Assembly: GCA_964247055.1 (NCBI GenBank)
Contig: OZ176053.1
Location: 11,532,001 to 11,596,000, forward strand
Length of the DNA: 64,000 bases
Source of the DNA: Paragordius varius
Lineage: Eukaryota > Animalia > Nematomorpha
Direction: 5' to 3'
Part shown: positions 48,535-60,400 of the stretch, piece by piece
Numbering within the stretch: position 1 is the first letter of the stretch
Layout: each line of letters begins with the position of its first letter
Notes under the pieces: model-generated
What the model was told of the DNA's origin: nothing
The model's database searches: none
The model's input: only the letters and a program-made list of their open reading frames with translations
Translations under genes and position numbers: made by a program

Positions 48535-48598
48535 CCGCTCTCGTTGGTTGGATATCCAGGGTGCACCACGTGGAGGTGAGAGTCGGACTTTACACCCC
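48535..48598 (-). ncRNA. HDV-like self-cleaving ribozyme fold at the RTE 5' end
   Basis: Minus strand: P1 GGGGUGU/GCACCCU with G1-U wobble; P2 CCG(A)CUCUC/GAGAGCGG; P3 ACC/GGU; L3 UCCACGU; GG available for P1.1; J4/2 CCAAC. G1 lies immediately inside the TSD. Confidence 0.8.
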
Positions 48599-50389
48599 AA
48601 TTTATAATGTATATTTTTATAAATTATTATTTAGATTGATATGGACTCCAAAAGATTTAAATGTTCCCCCCTTTTAAAATGAGCTAGTTTTCTTAAGACT
48701 TATGATAAATACAAAAATATCATTACTAATTATGCTAGATTATGACATGGAAAATTTTTAATAAAAACACTGTTTTAAATATAAATAGCAAAAGTTAGTA
48801 GACTATTTTCAAGTAGGACGCTAAATATTTTTACAACGTTTTATAAACAATTTGTTCAAATTTAGGTAGAATATTTGTAAAATTTATATTTATCTTAAAT
48901 TTCTTACCCATAATAAATAATGTAAAAGCTTCATTTATATAAAAACAAGGTTCTCATACCGTTTCCATGTTTCAAATATTGCTTAAACAACATTCTATAT
49001 ATTATGGTTTTAAACAAAATATCTAAGTTTTCAGAAAATTTAAATTATACTTTAAACTTATATAGTTTCGGCGTTTTTAGGTTAGTTTATGACTCGACTA
49101 TATTAGAATAAACCGAATTGAGTTTCGAAGCTTTTATTCATAAATAAAAATTTATAATAGATATTGTTATGCTTTTTTATTTTATAATATATTTTAATGA
49201 TTTTTTGAAATGTGGGATTCAACTATCACGAAAAACTTTTATTTAGCATAATGAGCTCGAATTTCTCTATTTTTTGTTATATATCACCACAAAAGTAGCA
49301 CTATCAAAAGTACCGGTTACATTTTTCCCATCAAAAATATATATTTCCGTTAAATTATTTTTTTGTAACATTGTGTAAAAAATAGAACTATGTAAGTATA
49401 TTCACTATTTTTTCTAGAACGTATAACGTATATTTTATTAAATTTACATATCGTAAAGTATGCATTATTTAGTTTTAACATTCAATTATATATTTAAAAC
49501 TTTACTAAAGTAGACAATAATATCTATATCTATTTTTTATTTTAAATATAGATTGCAAACAAATATTGCTTGATTTGGGAAAATTTGGTAAGCTTTTATA
49601 TCGGTGGATTGAAACATTTTATGTAGATCCAATTTTAGATGATATGGTATATATTTTTAATTATAGTCTAACTATACTCCGATATTTAGAACAGTCGTAA
49701 ATGATGACACCGGGAATGTTTATTTATCATTTATCATTCAATAGCTAATAGCCTCAGTTAGATAAATTTTGGATTGGAAAAGGTGAAATTAAAAAAAGTG
49801 CTATTGTCCGATATCAAAATCGCATTTTTTGACATTTGGTCGAATAATAATTTTTATACTAGAGGACGCGTAAGCCAAATATTTATTGCAAATATGATCT
49901 CAACAAATATTTTTTAACAGTGTATTTGAAAGGTAGTTGAAAGGGTCATTGTTTTAGTATAAAATTGCTCAAAAGATTATAATTTATTTATTGCTAAATA
50001 ATATGGATGTACACATACTTTCCGTTATAAAATAATTTATGCATAAAATTTAATATCAAATGTTTCAATTTTTTGAATCAGAAAGCTTTTATACCCATAA
50101 GCCGGAAAACTTAAGTTGCGCCAATTTAATTAAAATTTTCGGGTATAAAAACTTCCTAATCAAACAATTGAGGCAGAAAAGTATAGTATACGACTAACGG
50201 ACCAAGTTTGGAATTAAAATCTGGGTTTTTATTCTTTCCCTTTATATTTCGCCTTCTGTGCCGAAAATTTTATCTAATAAAAGTTTATGCAGATATAATG
50301 GGTCGCGCTTATATATATATATATATATATAAATAATTAAATTAAATAATTAATTTGTAAATTGGAAACCAAATGCTTAGCATTTTTAC

Positions 50390-50870
50390 TATTTTCCCTG
50401 CTTAGTGTGACAATGTTTTTATGTATTTCATGAGCTTCCCTTACGAGATGCTTAAAGGTATGTGGTTTTTTAATGTTGTATTGAATATGCTTTTACCGGT
50501 ATATATAGTTTAGGCTCGAGTTTGCCTTATTGCTACTTTTGTAGCAAAGATATTTGTGTAATTCAGTATCTATCACTGACCTGTATAGGCCAATCACATT
50601 TATTTCAAGACAAATCGTTTGGTATACTCCGGGTTAACTGTCGCAGGTAACTACATTTTTAATGGTTTAGAAATCTCTAAGTTTGGTTTGAGGTTTGTAA
50701 ATGGTGCGTATGCTGAACTTCCTTAGAATATGACCTTTTTGGTTATAGAACACATATGAGTAGGAGACTGCTCTTAAAGTGAGGGTTTCGAAATTGGATG
50801 TATTCTTTGTTTTCCATCCATCCAAACGTTTCAAGCCCAGGGTTTCCAAGGTTACCATGCACCAACTCCA
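50390..50870 (-). mobile_element. Penelope-like element relic (linker and GIY-YIG region)
   Basis: GHILRKFSIRTIYKPQTKLRDF, GVYQTIC and LVREAHEIHKN remnants; reverse-complement homologue of 51690-52132. Confidence 0.65.
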
Positions 50871-51499
50871 TAAACAATATTTTTAAAAAAACTTGTTTGT
50901 GTCCAATTCAAACTACCCTAACTTCCTCGTGGTAATGTTCAGAAATTAATACACTGTGTAAACGGACAAGGTCGATTTAAAAAATAGTAGTCTTTCGAGA
51001 CATTCTCTAGCTTGGTGCAGCAAATAAGTTATTATCGTCTCTGATCTAAGAGGGTGATTTAAATGATATAATCCGTTCTCAACTACAACTCAATTATAAA
51101 CGACGTTCTTTGCATTTGTGTGATAAATCATTTGCATTTAATTTAATTATTGTTGACTATAACCATGTTTGATGAATTTTTAGAGTCTTTGCTTTGGATT
51201 TTATACCGCTAATCGATATGTTATAGGGTTAGTATAAGGGCTTGAATATTATAAGCGATTCTGTGATTTGCGAGAGTGGGTAGTATGGGATTTAGGACTT
51301 TGGGTAAGTTTTACGTCTGAAAGAGAATATAAGTATTGGAATCCATTAAGAATAAGGCTAATTGTTGGTATTAGTTAATGAACAAGAATGGTTATCGTCA
51401 ACAACAATTTAATTAAGTCCTCAAAATTTATCACACAAATACAAAAAAATCGTTTATTTATCGTTTAATAAATGAATATTATATGCCATCATAAATCAA

Positions 51500-52132
51500 C
51501 TTCTTTAATCAAAGACGATGGTATATTATTGCAATACAATTTCTCAAATTGACCTCATCCGTTTGACTTACACTGTGTGTAAGTGTCTGAACATCACCAC
51601 CCGGATGTGAATGTAATTCGAATCGAATACGAGCAAGATTTTGAGAATATTTTTCAGAGAGTTGGTGCATGTTAATTCGGAAAGGGAGGGTACCTGAGAC
51701 GTTTGGATGGATGAAACACAAAAAACAAATCAAGTTTTGCAACCCCCACTGAAACAACAGTATTACTCAAAGAAATCCTGCAACCAAAAAGGTCATATTC
51801 GAAAAAAGTTCAATATACCACTATTTACAAACTTTAATCCAAACTTATTGATTTTTAAACAACCACTAAGAATGCAGTTAACAGCGAGGGTCATTCCCGA
51901 ATATATAAAGCCATTGGCTCTTGTAACGAATGTGATTGGCAAATCCGGACGATTGATATGGACGAGATTACCTGAAAATCTTTCCTGCATAAAAGCCAAG
52001 AAGGCAAACTAGGGCCTAGCTAAAAACACGGGTGACACCATAGTCAATACTCCTATATTGGCTTAAAAACCTTATACCTACTAGCGTCAAGGAAGGGATT
52101 GGATAACATAAAAACAGTACCACTCTAAACAG
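51500..52132 (+). mobile_element. Penelope-like element relic (RT remnant and GIY-YIG)
   Basis: GHIRKKFNI, IYKAIGSCNECD, IGKSGRLIWTRLPENLSCIK (compare IGQTGR.L.TRL.EH) and VKEGIG*HKN..LNR. Confidence 0.65.
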
Positions 52133-52922
52133 ATTTGTTTAATTTATAAACAAAACTGAGTAATTATTAATTGTTTATATTAAATTTTACTGATAAAAAA
52201 CCTTACTATACAAAAACGATCCTTATAATACATAACTTTAAACTCAAATTTTTTTTCAGTGCATCAAATAAAATATATGTTTAAATTAATTTTACTTATC
52301 TAAATATTAAATAGCCAAATATGAAATTGTATGAATGATTTTATTAACCCTATTTATCGGATAAATATATTTATATATATATATATATATAGAGTAATTA
52401 ATTGTACGATAGTAACCATAATAAAATATTTTTCCGCTACAGTATAAATCATGCAATTTGAATTCTAGCTTTTATTCTTATAAGCATCAAAATTTTTCAA
52501 AAATATAAATCTTTCCTAAATCATTTTTGTGTTTGAAAACATATTTGTAGTAAATAAAACTGGGCTGACTCGTCTCCAATTTCAATGATCTATTTTCGAC
52601 CCAATTTAAAAAATCGGTTAATAAACTTTTTTGTAAAATATGATAGCAAATTAACATTTATTAAGTTAACATTTTTTTCAGAAAGTCTTTGAATAACATA
52701 CAAAAATAAAATGTAATATATATTGAAATTACCTTTGACTTTAATTACTATCAAAATATGTGATTATGCGGTAAAAAAATTATTTTTTATAAACTCTCAC
52801 CCCAAAAAATAAACAAAATTGTATGATTATATTTTTTGGTAATTTGCATAGTAGCGAAACTAGCCGATAAATCTACACCCTTCATTTCATATAATATGAT
52901 ATTGAGCATAAACCCTGTATCA

Positions 52923-53052
52923 CCTCAGTTTTTTGATTTGAACAATTTTCAGTGTAGTACCCAAAAGCCGGGATCAAAAACTTAAGTTGCGCCAAAATAT
53001 TCAATCATAATTTTAAGTGTATAAAAAATTGGCTAAATCAAACAACTGAGGC
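52923..53052. mobile_element. ~130-bp MITE family 4 (CCTCAGTT...AACTGAGGC ends); other copies at ~50060-50174 and 56525-56643 (inverted)
   Basis: Shared core AAGCCGG...CTTAAGTTGCGCCAA and short TIRs in three places. Confidence 0.65.
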
Positions 53053-53574
53053 ATATATGACGTTGAATTTATTAGTAATTATTTTTTATTACAGATATAA
53101 AAGTTTTAAATATAATGGGCTAATTCCGCTATAGTAATAACCCTTAAAACTTTTTTTATATAGAGTGAAAAAATTATTTTTAAATGTGAACGTTTGGTTT
53201 AATTATATGGTAGAGTTTTTGAAAAATAATTCTTTTGACCGTATAAATCACAAATATTGGTAATAAAGACAATATATCGTTTTTGGGTTCATCTTCAATA
53301 TTTTACCTATCCATAATAAATATATGCCTTTATTATCAATTAAAACAAAAATTTTTATTATTGATTTTGATGTGTTACCAAAAAATGCGATTTTATTGAT
53401 TCCGGGCAGTAGTAGAGTAGGAATATGGTTTTTTTCTAATGATTTAACCGACATAAATTATGTGGATATTAACTGAGGTTTTAACTAATGGATTATGAAT
53501 GATAAAAAACATTCGCTTATGGATAACCCTATTTGCGGTACAATTCAATTCGGAAAATCACGCTTAATATGAGG

Positions 53575-54910
53575 AAAAAGTACATTATAATATTATTTTA
53601 GATCATTTTGCATATGAATATCAGAATATTTTTGAAGGAAATTTCAATTAATAAGTCTTAAAACGAAAATATCGGAATAAGAAGGTACATTATCATATTA
53701 TTTTAGATCATATTGCATAGGAATATCAGAATATTTTTGGAAGGAAATTTGAATTAATAAGTCTCAAAACGAAATCATCGGAATAAGAAGGTACATTATA
53801 ATATTATTTTAGATCATTTTGCATAGGAATATCAGAATATTTTTGGAAGGAAATTTGAATTAATAAGTCTCAAAACAAAACGGAATAAGTAGGTACATTA
53901 TAATATTATTTTAGATCATTTTGCATAGGAATATCAGAATATTTTTGGAAGGAAATTTTAATAAGTCTCAAAACGAAATCATCGGAATAAGAAGGTACAT
54001 TATAATATTATTTTAGATCATTTTGCATAGGAATATCAGAATATTTTTGGAAGGAAATTTGAATTAATAAGTCTCAAAACAAAATTATCGGAAAAGAAGG
54101 TACATTATAATATTATATTAGATCATTTTGCATAGGAATATCAGAATATTTTTGGAAGGAAATTTAAGTCTCAAAACGAAATCATCGGAATAAGAAGGTA
54201 CATTATAATATTTTTTTAGATCATTTTGCATCTGAATATCAGATTTGGAAGGAAATTTGAATTAATAAGTCTCAAAACAAAATCATCGGAATAAGAAGGT
54301 ACATTATAATATTATTTTAGATCATTTTGCATAGGAATATCAGAATATTTTTGGAAGGAAATTTGAATTAATAAGTATCAAAACGAAATCATCGGAATAA
54401 GAAGGTACATTATAATATTATTTTAGATCATTTTGCATAGGAATATCAGAATATTTTTAAAAGGAAATTTGAATTAACAAGTCTCAAAACAAAATTATCG
54501 GAATAAGAAGGTACATTATAATATTATTTTAGATCATTTTGCATAGGAATATCAGAATATTTTTGGAAGGAAATTTAAATTAATAAGCCTTAAAACAAAA
54601 TTATCGGAATAAGAAGGTACATTATAATATTATTTTAGATCATTTTGCATAGGAATATCAGAATATTTTTGGAAGGAAATTTGAATTAATAAGTCTCAAA
54701 CGAAATTATCGCAATAAGAAGGTACATTACAATATTATTTTAGATCATTTTGCATAGGAATATCAGAATATTTTTGGAAGGAAATTTCAATCAATATGTC
54801 CGAAAACGAAATATTAATCGGAAAGAAGGTACAATATAATATTATTATAGTGAATTTAAGAATATTTTTGAAGCAATTTCAATTAATAAATCTGATACCG
54901 AAATTATAAT
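53575..54910. repeat. Tandem array of a 106-bp unit, about 13 copies
   Basis: Unit GAAGGTACATTATAATATTATTTTAGATCATTTTGCATAGGAATATCAGAATATTTTTGGAAGGAAATTTGAATTAATAAGTCTCAAAACGAAATCATCGGAATAA; starts at 53575, 53681, 53787, 53889, 53991, 54096, 54194, 54295, 54401, 54507, 54613, 54718, 54825. Confidence 0.95.
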
Positions 54911-57455
54911 CGGACACAATTGAATATATTTTAGAATTTGAAACGAATTGATTTTTTTAATGGATATCTCTGAATATATTCGATAAGTAAATATTATAAT
55001 ATTATTTAAGAAATTTGGAATGCTAAAGAGATTATGAAAAATTCAAAAGTAAAGATTTTACCAACAATAATTTGAAAACAGACTATCAATTCAATTGATA
55101 ATGTAAAAGATAATTTTAATTTTAGGGTCTTCCATTGAATGATAATTCATGATGAATTATACATTTCTCCTCTTAACTTGTGGATATCTCGGTTGCCGAC
55201 GCTATGTTAGTTAATCATATATCATTCGATAGTTATAAGCCTCCTCCAACGATAAATACGGTTAAATTATTAGATAAAAATATATTTCAAATCTAAAAAA
55301 CGTATTATTTCTCACTCACTACGTCAAAAAAAGTGACAATGACAATAGCACGGGGTGCACCCCTTCGTACAATTGGTGAACCAATTGTCAGAGTACCGTG
55401 AGCTATATAAGTATTGGGAAAATATCTTATAAAACTTTTTTTAGTAAAATTTTATGATTGCAAATGTTTGTATTTAATGTAAGTTAGTGTTATTAAATTT
55501 GCTTATTAGAAAAAAAAGCAATTAAATAAAATACCGTACATAACCTGCGCTTTAAGGTTATTGTTTGAATCTTGGAACAGAAGTTTGATATTAATTGAGT
55601 TGTTAATAAGCGACAATAGTTTTAATTAAATGAAACGTTAACGACAAAAAATAATAATTTAACCGAGCAGACGATAACCCAAATAAAATATATAAGAATA
55701 TATGGTTAAAAGATTATTAAATGTATAATTAAGTATAAAAAGGTACATATCTTTGATTTTCCTGTGGCATAGGTACTGTTCCCCTAAACAACTGAAGTTT
55801 TACGGGTGACTCAACTTTTATTATAAAAGGATTCATTTACAAGTACCGTAAAACTTCATCAGGATAATAAGCCTTGATTGCACTGTTTACAAATGAAGAA
55901 TCATCCATATTCCTAAAGTATAAATATATAAAATGTATTTGATGGCTTTAATGTGTTCTTCTCATATAAAAGGCAGACGATTTCGACCTAATCGCGAAAG
56001 GTCATAAATAATGTAAAATATTCAGTCAAAAAAAGTATTGCAATAGAAAATTCATTACCTTAAATGATATTATGATAAAGATATTGTTCGAACATAATAT
56101 ATATTAATTAATAATTCATAAATTCCCAGACAAAATACGAAAAGTTACTTTGCAAAATTTAGAGTTTTAGCCTACAGATCCTAAATCTCGTTTGTATGCT
56201 TTATATAAAAATATTATTGGGTAATTTTCATCATTATATCAGTATTCTAATGGTGCTTTTAATTTTGTATTTACTAATTAAAATTATTTCCACTTTTATG
56301 GTAAAAACTTCATAATCGAGTTTCAATTTATCTTTGACTTCTATAAAGGTGGAAAAAAATTTACTAAAATGTATGGTGAGTTTTAAATCAAAAGCACCAT
56401 AAAAATCCTGATACACTTTTTATCCGAATAAATATTTTGTCAGGATTCGTGTACATTCTTAATATTGTACTGCAATATAAAAAAAAATCTTTTTTGCGAT
56501 TTAATCGTAAAATAGGCTTCCCACGCCTCAATTGATTGATTTAGAATTTTATATTCGAAATATATAATTAATGATTTGGCGCAACTTAAGTTCTTGATTC
56601 CGGCTTTTGTTTATAAAAGTTTGCTAGATCAAAAAACTGAGGCGATGGGAAGTTTTATTTTTTATAGTTAAATTATATATATTTAGAGTTATATTGAATT
56701 TTAACATTTTCCTGTAATGCAATTTCGTAATATTTTTATATAAAGCATAACTCATTTGACGCGATGAGAGGCATAGATTATGTGAAATTAATTTTTTTAT
56801 TGTAAAGTTGTGAATATTACAACACCAGAGTACAATTTTAAGGCTTTAATTTGGTTTAAAAACCTTCTAATATAATATATTTAATACATATTTTATGACA
56901 TTTGATACATTTAACAAATATAATTTGATTGGTGATTAATCCATTTAAATCATTTTTATTTGACCGAATGTCGAAGAAATATACAACTAAGAAATTTTAT
57001 TCTAAGGACCTTAAGTAATAAAATAGAATCCCCATTTTTTAGCACAACAAAAAACTGCTACAATATTAAAGAAAAGATGCCAAATATAAATGTATAATAT
57101 AGAAAAAATATAAAATCTACAAAACCTACTGTTGATATCATATTACGCTAAATATGAATCATATTTGATAGTTATTGGTAAATGATTTTCAAGAATTTAA
57201 AAACGGATAAAAATATATTCATTTTTATACAATTAAAGAGTTAATTGCATTTTTTGGAAAGATAGAATAAAACCTGACAATTAAAGATAATGCAGCAGAT
57301 AATTCATTCATTAAATGTTTAAAAAATCGTATTTAGCGTAAAATTTTAATCACACATTACTGTGTAGTCAAGGAACCCAAACTTTGGATTTGCATCATAT
57401 CAAAAGTAGCGAATATTTAAATCTTTTATATATATTTTTGTCCATTTAAAATCAC

Positions 57456-60400
57456 CGCTGTGACGTAGTCTCTCCGATAATTATTCTTAATAATTTGCAA
57501 TAAATATAAGAAAAAAAATAAAAAATATATTTGATAAAAATTATGTCTTTAATTATTGTTTTACAGGTTATTGTATAGACTCCAATATTGAGTTGAAATA
57601 AACATATTTAAACTGTCCCCTATTAATATTAATATTCAACTATTATTGGATATATTTTACGATTTTCATTTCTCGAAATTATGGTTAAAAGTTTAGAAAT
57701 TGTGTTCACACAGCTAGGATTAAGAGTTATAAAAAGATAAATCATTTGTGGTCCCTTTATAAAGGAAAGAATGATATTATACAAATTCCTTAGAAATGTG
57801 TTTAACTGAACTGTATGATTCTGAGTTTTAATCCACGCCATTTTTGTATGGCGTCTCAGTTTTTCGGTAAACCCCCCCATAGACCTATATGGAAAAGGCG
57901 CTGAGTTAAATACTTTGCAGGCAAATATTTGGAAACATCTTTGATACCATCGTCTCATGGGCTATTCGAAAAAAATCTTAACACTAAATAATCGCTATAT
58001 GATGGCGTATTTTTAGGGTATAAAGGCCCCAAATTAACGGCTAAACGCCTGGCCTTTACCCATTTACGAGTATATCAAGCTCTTAATAAGCCCATACGGC
58101 TTCGTAATTTTCTGTAAATTAGCTCCACAGCGCAATTTTTATATAGTGGCGCAGTTTTTCGCGGGTAGCTCCTTACCCAGGGCGGGTATAAAAAAGCGTG
58201 AGCAAATTATTTGCCTTTATATGGGGAATATCTGGAATTATCATGGATTCCATATGTTTCTATTAAACTCAAAGTTTTTTTTAAATTTGGATCCAAAGGC
58301 ATGCTGTATCGATATGCTTACACGGTTTTACGCTGGTAGCCCCCTAACCAGGGGCAAAACAAAAAACGCTCGATTATTTTTGTCTTAATTCGGGTAATAC
58401 CTGGAATCATCATTGAATCCATATGCTCTCGTGGGATTTTCGAATAATTGCCTCAAAACCATAAAGTCATTCTATAGTGGCGCATTTTTCAGGACAAGGG
58501 ATTAATTAAAAAATAATTTAATAAAACCGCTATACTTAGATTTTTGCTTTTTTTCGGGTAATATTTCAAGCCTTTATTGAACTCATATGGCCTAAGAAGT
58601 TTTAAAATTTGCCTTTAAAGTCACGCTATATCGATATAATGGCTCAGTTGTTGGCGGGTAGCTCCCTACCCAGAGGCCAATATAAAAAGGACGTTCAATA
58701 AAATTTTTTGTCTTTATAGGGGAATGCCTGGAGTAGTCATTCATTCCATATGTTCTTAATAGTTTTTGGAAAATTAATTCAAAAATAAATAATAGTTGAA
58801 TGATAGCGCAACGGCGTAAAGGGTCTAATTAACGGCTAATTTAAAAAAACGCTCAACCTAAATGTGTGCCTTTTTACTGGTAATATTTCAGGCCCTTATT
58901 AAACTTATATCGCCTGATAAGTGTTCTAAAAATATACTCTGGGACAGTTTAGGCGGGTAGCTCCCTACCCAGAGGCTGATACTAAAAAGCGCTTGATTAA
59001 AATTTTTGCCTTTTTATGGAGAATACCTGGAATCATCATTGATTCCATATGCTCTCATAGTTTTTGGAAAAATTGCCTCAAAACTAAATAATCCTTCTAT
59101 GGTGGCGCATTTTTCAGGGCGTGAAGAACCTAATTGATGGCTAATTTTAAAAATCCGCACGACCTAAATTTTTGCCTTGTTATGGGTATTATTATAAGCA
59201 GCTAAACTCATATGGCCTGATAGGTTTTCTGAAATTTAGCCCCAAAAGCACGCTATTTCGATATGATGGAAGAACGGTTTTTAGCGGGTAATCTTTACCC
59301 GGCAGCCAATATAAAAAAACGCAGGACTAAAATTTTTGCCTTTTAACAGGGAATACCTGGAATCATTATTAAATTTTTACGGTCTCATACCTTAGGCATT
59401 CCAGGTATTCTCCGTAAAAAGGCAAAAATTTTAATCAAGCGCTTTTTTGTATCAGCCTCTGGATAGGGAGCATCCCGTCTAAAACTGCGCCACCATATCG
59501 AAATTGCGTTGATTAGGAGTTTCAGAACACTTATCAGGCCACATAACTAAAATAAGGGCCTGAAATTACCCGTAAAAATGCACAAATTTAGGTGTTTTTC
59601 TAATTAGCCGTTAATTTGGCCCTTTCGCCATATAAAAGGTGCTATCATTCAACTATATTTTTGTAGCCATTCTTCCAAAAACTATTAAGAACATATGGAA
59701 TGAATGACTACTCCAGGCATTCCCCTATTAAGACAAAAAAATTTATTGAACGTCCTTTTTATATTGGCCTCTGGGTAGGGAGCTACCCGCCAACAACTGA
59801 GTTATTATATCGATACAGCGTGACTTTAAAGGCAAATTTTAAAACTTATCAGGCCATATGAGTTCAATAAAGGCTTGAAATATTACCCGTAAAAAGGCAA
59901 AAATCTAAGTATAGCGATTTTATTAAATTATTCCTTAATTAGGCCCTTGCCCTGAAAAATGCGCCACCATAGAAAGACTTTTTGGTTTTGAGGCAATTTA
60001 TCGAAAATCCCACGAGAGCATATGGAATCAATGATGATTCCAGGTATTACCCGAATTAAGGCAAAAATAATCGAGCGTTTTTTGTTTCGCCCCTGGTTAG
60101 GGGGCTACCCGCATAAAACATTGTCCCCGTATTGATACAGCATGCCTTTGGAGCCAAATTTTAAAACTTATCAGGTTATATGAGTTCAAAAAAAGCTTGA
60201 AATATTACCCTTAGGAAAGCAAAAATCTAAGTATAGCGGTTTTATTATATTATTCCTTAATTAATCCCTTGCCCTTAAAAATGCGCCACCATAGAAAGTT
60301 ATGGTTTTGAGCAATTATTCGAAAATCCCACGAAAGCATATGGATTTAATGATGATTCCAGGTATTACCCGAATTAAGACAAAAATCGAGCGTTTTGTGT

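Larger units (their letters stand above)
45135..48598 (-). mobile_element. Full-length RTE-clade non-LTR retrotransposon, 3464 bp
   Basis: 14-bp direct repeat AATTTATAATGTAT at 45121-45134 and 48599-48612; (CAA)n-type tail directly after the stop codon; ~420-nt 5' UTR; single APE-RT ORF. Confidence 0.95.

Noticed and set aside
53575-54910. CRISPR array
   Set aside because: Whole 106-bp units repeat with no unique spacers, the context is eukaryotic, and no cas genes are present.
55792-55860. 13-bp inverted repeat TGAAGTTTTACGG/CCGTAAAACTTCA as a miRNA or ribozyme
   Set aside because: The loop is long and poorly paired and there is no GAAA core; most likely a MITE remnant.
55975-56010. Hammerhead ribozyme on the minus strand (GACC...GGTC-GAAA-TC-GTC)
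   Set aside because: Stem II, GAAA and GUC are present, but the CUGANGA core is missing (TTTATGA); at most a dead relic.
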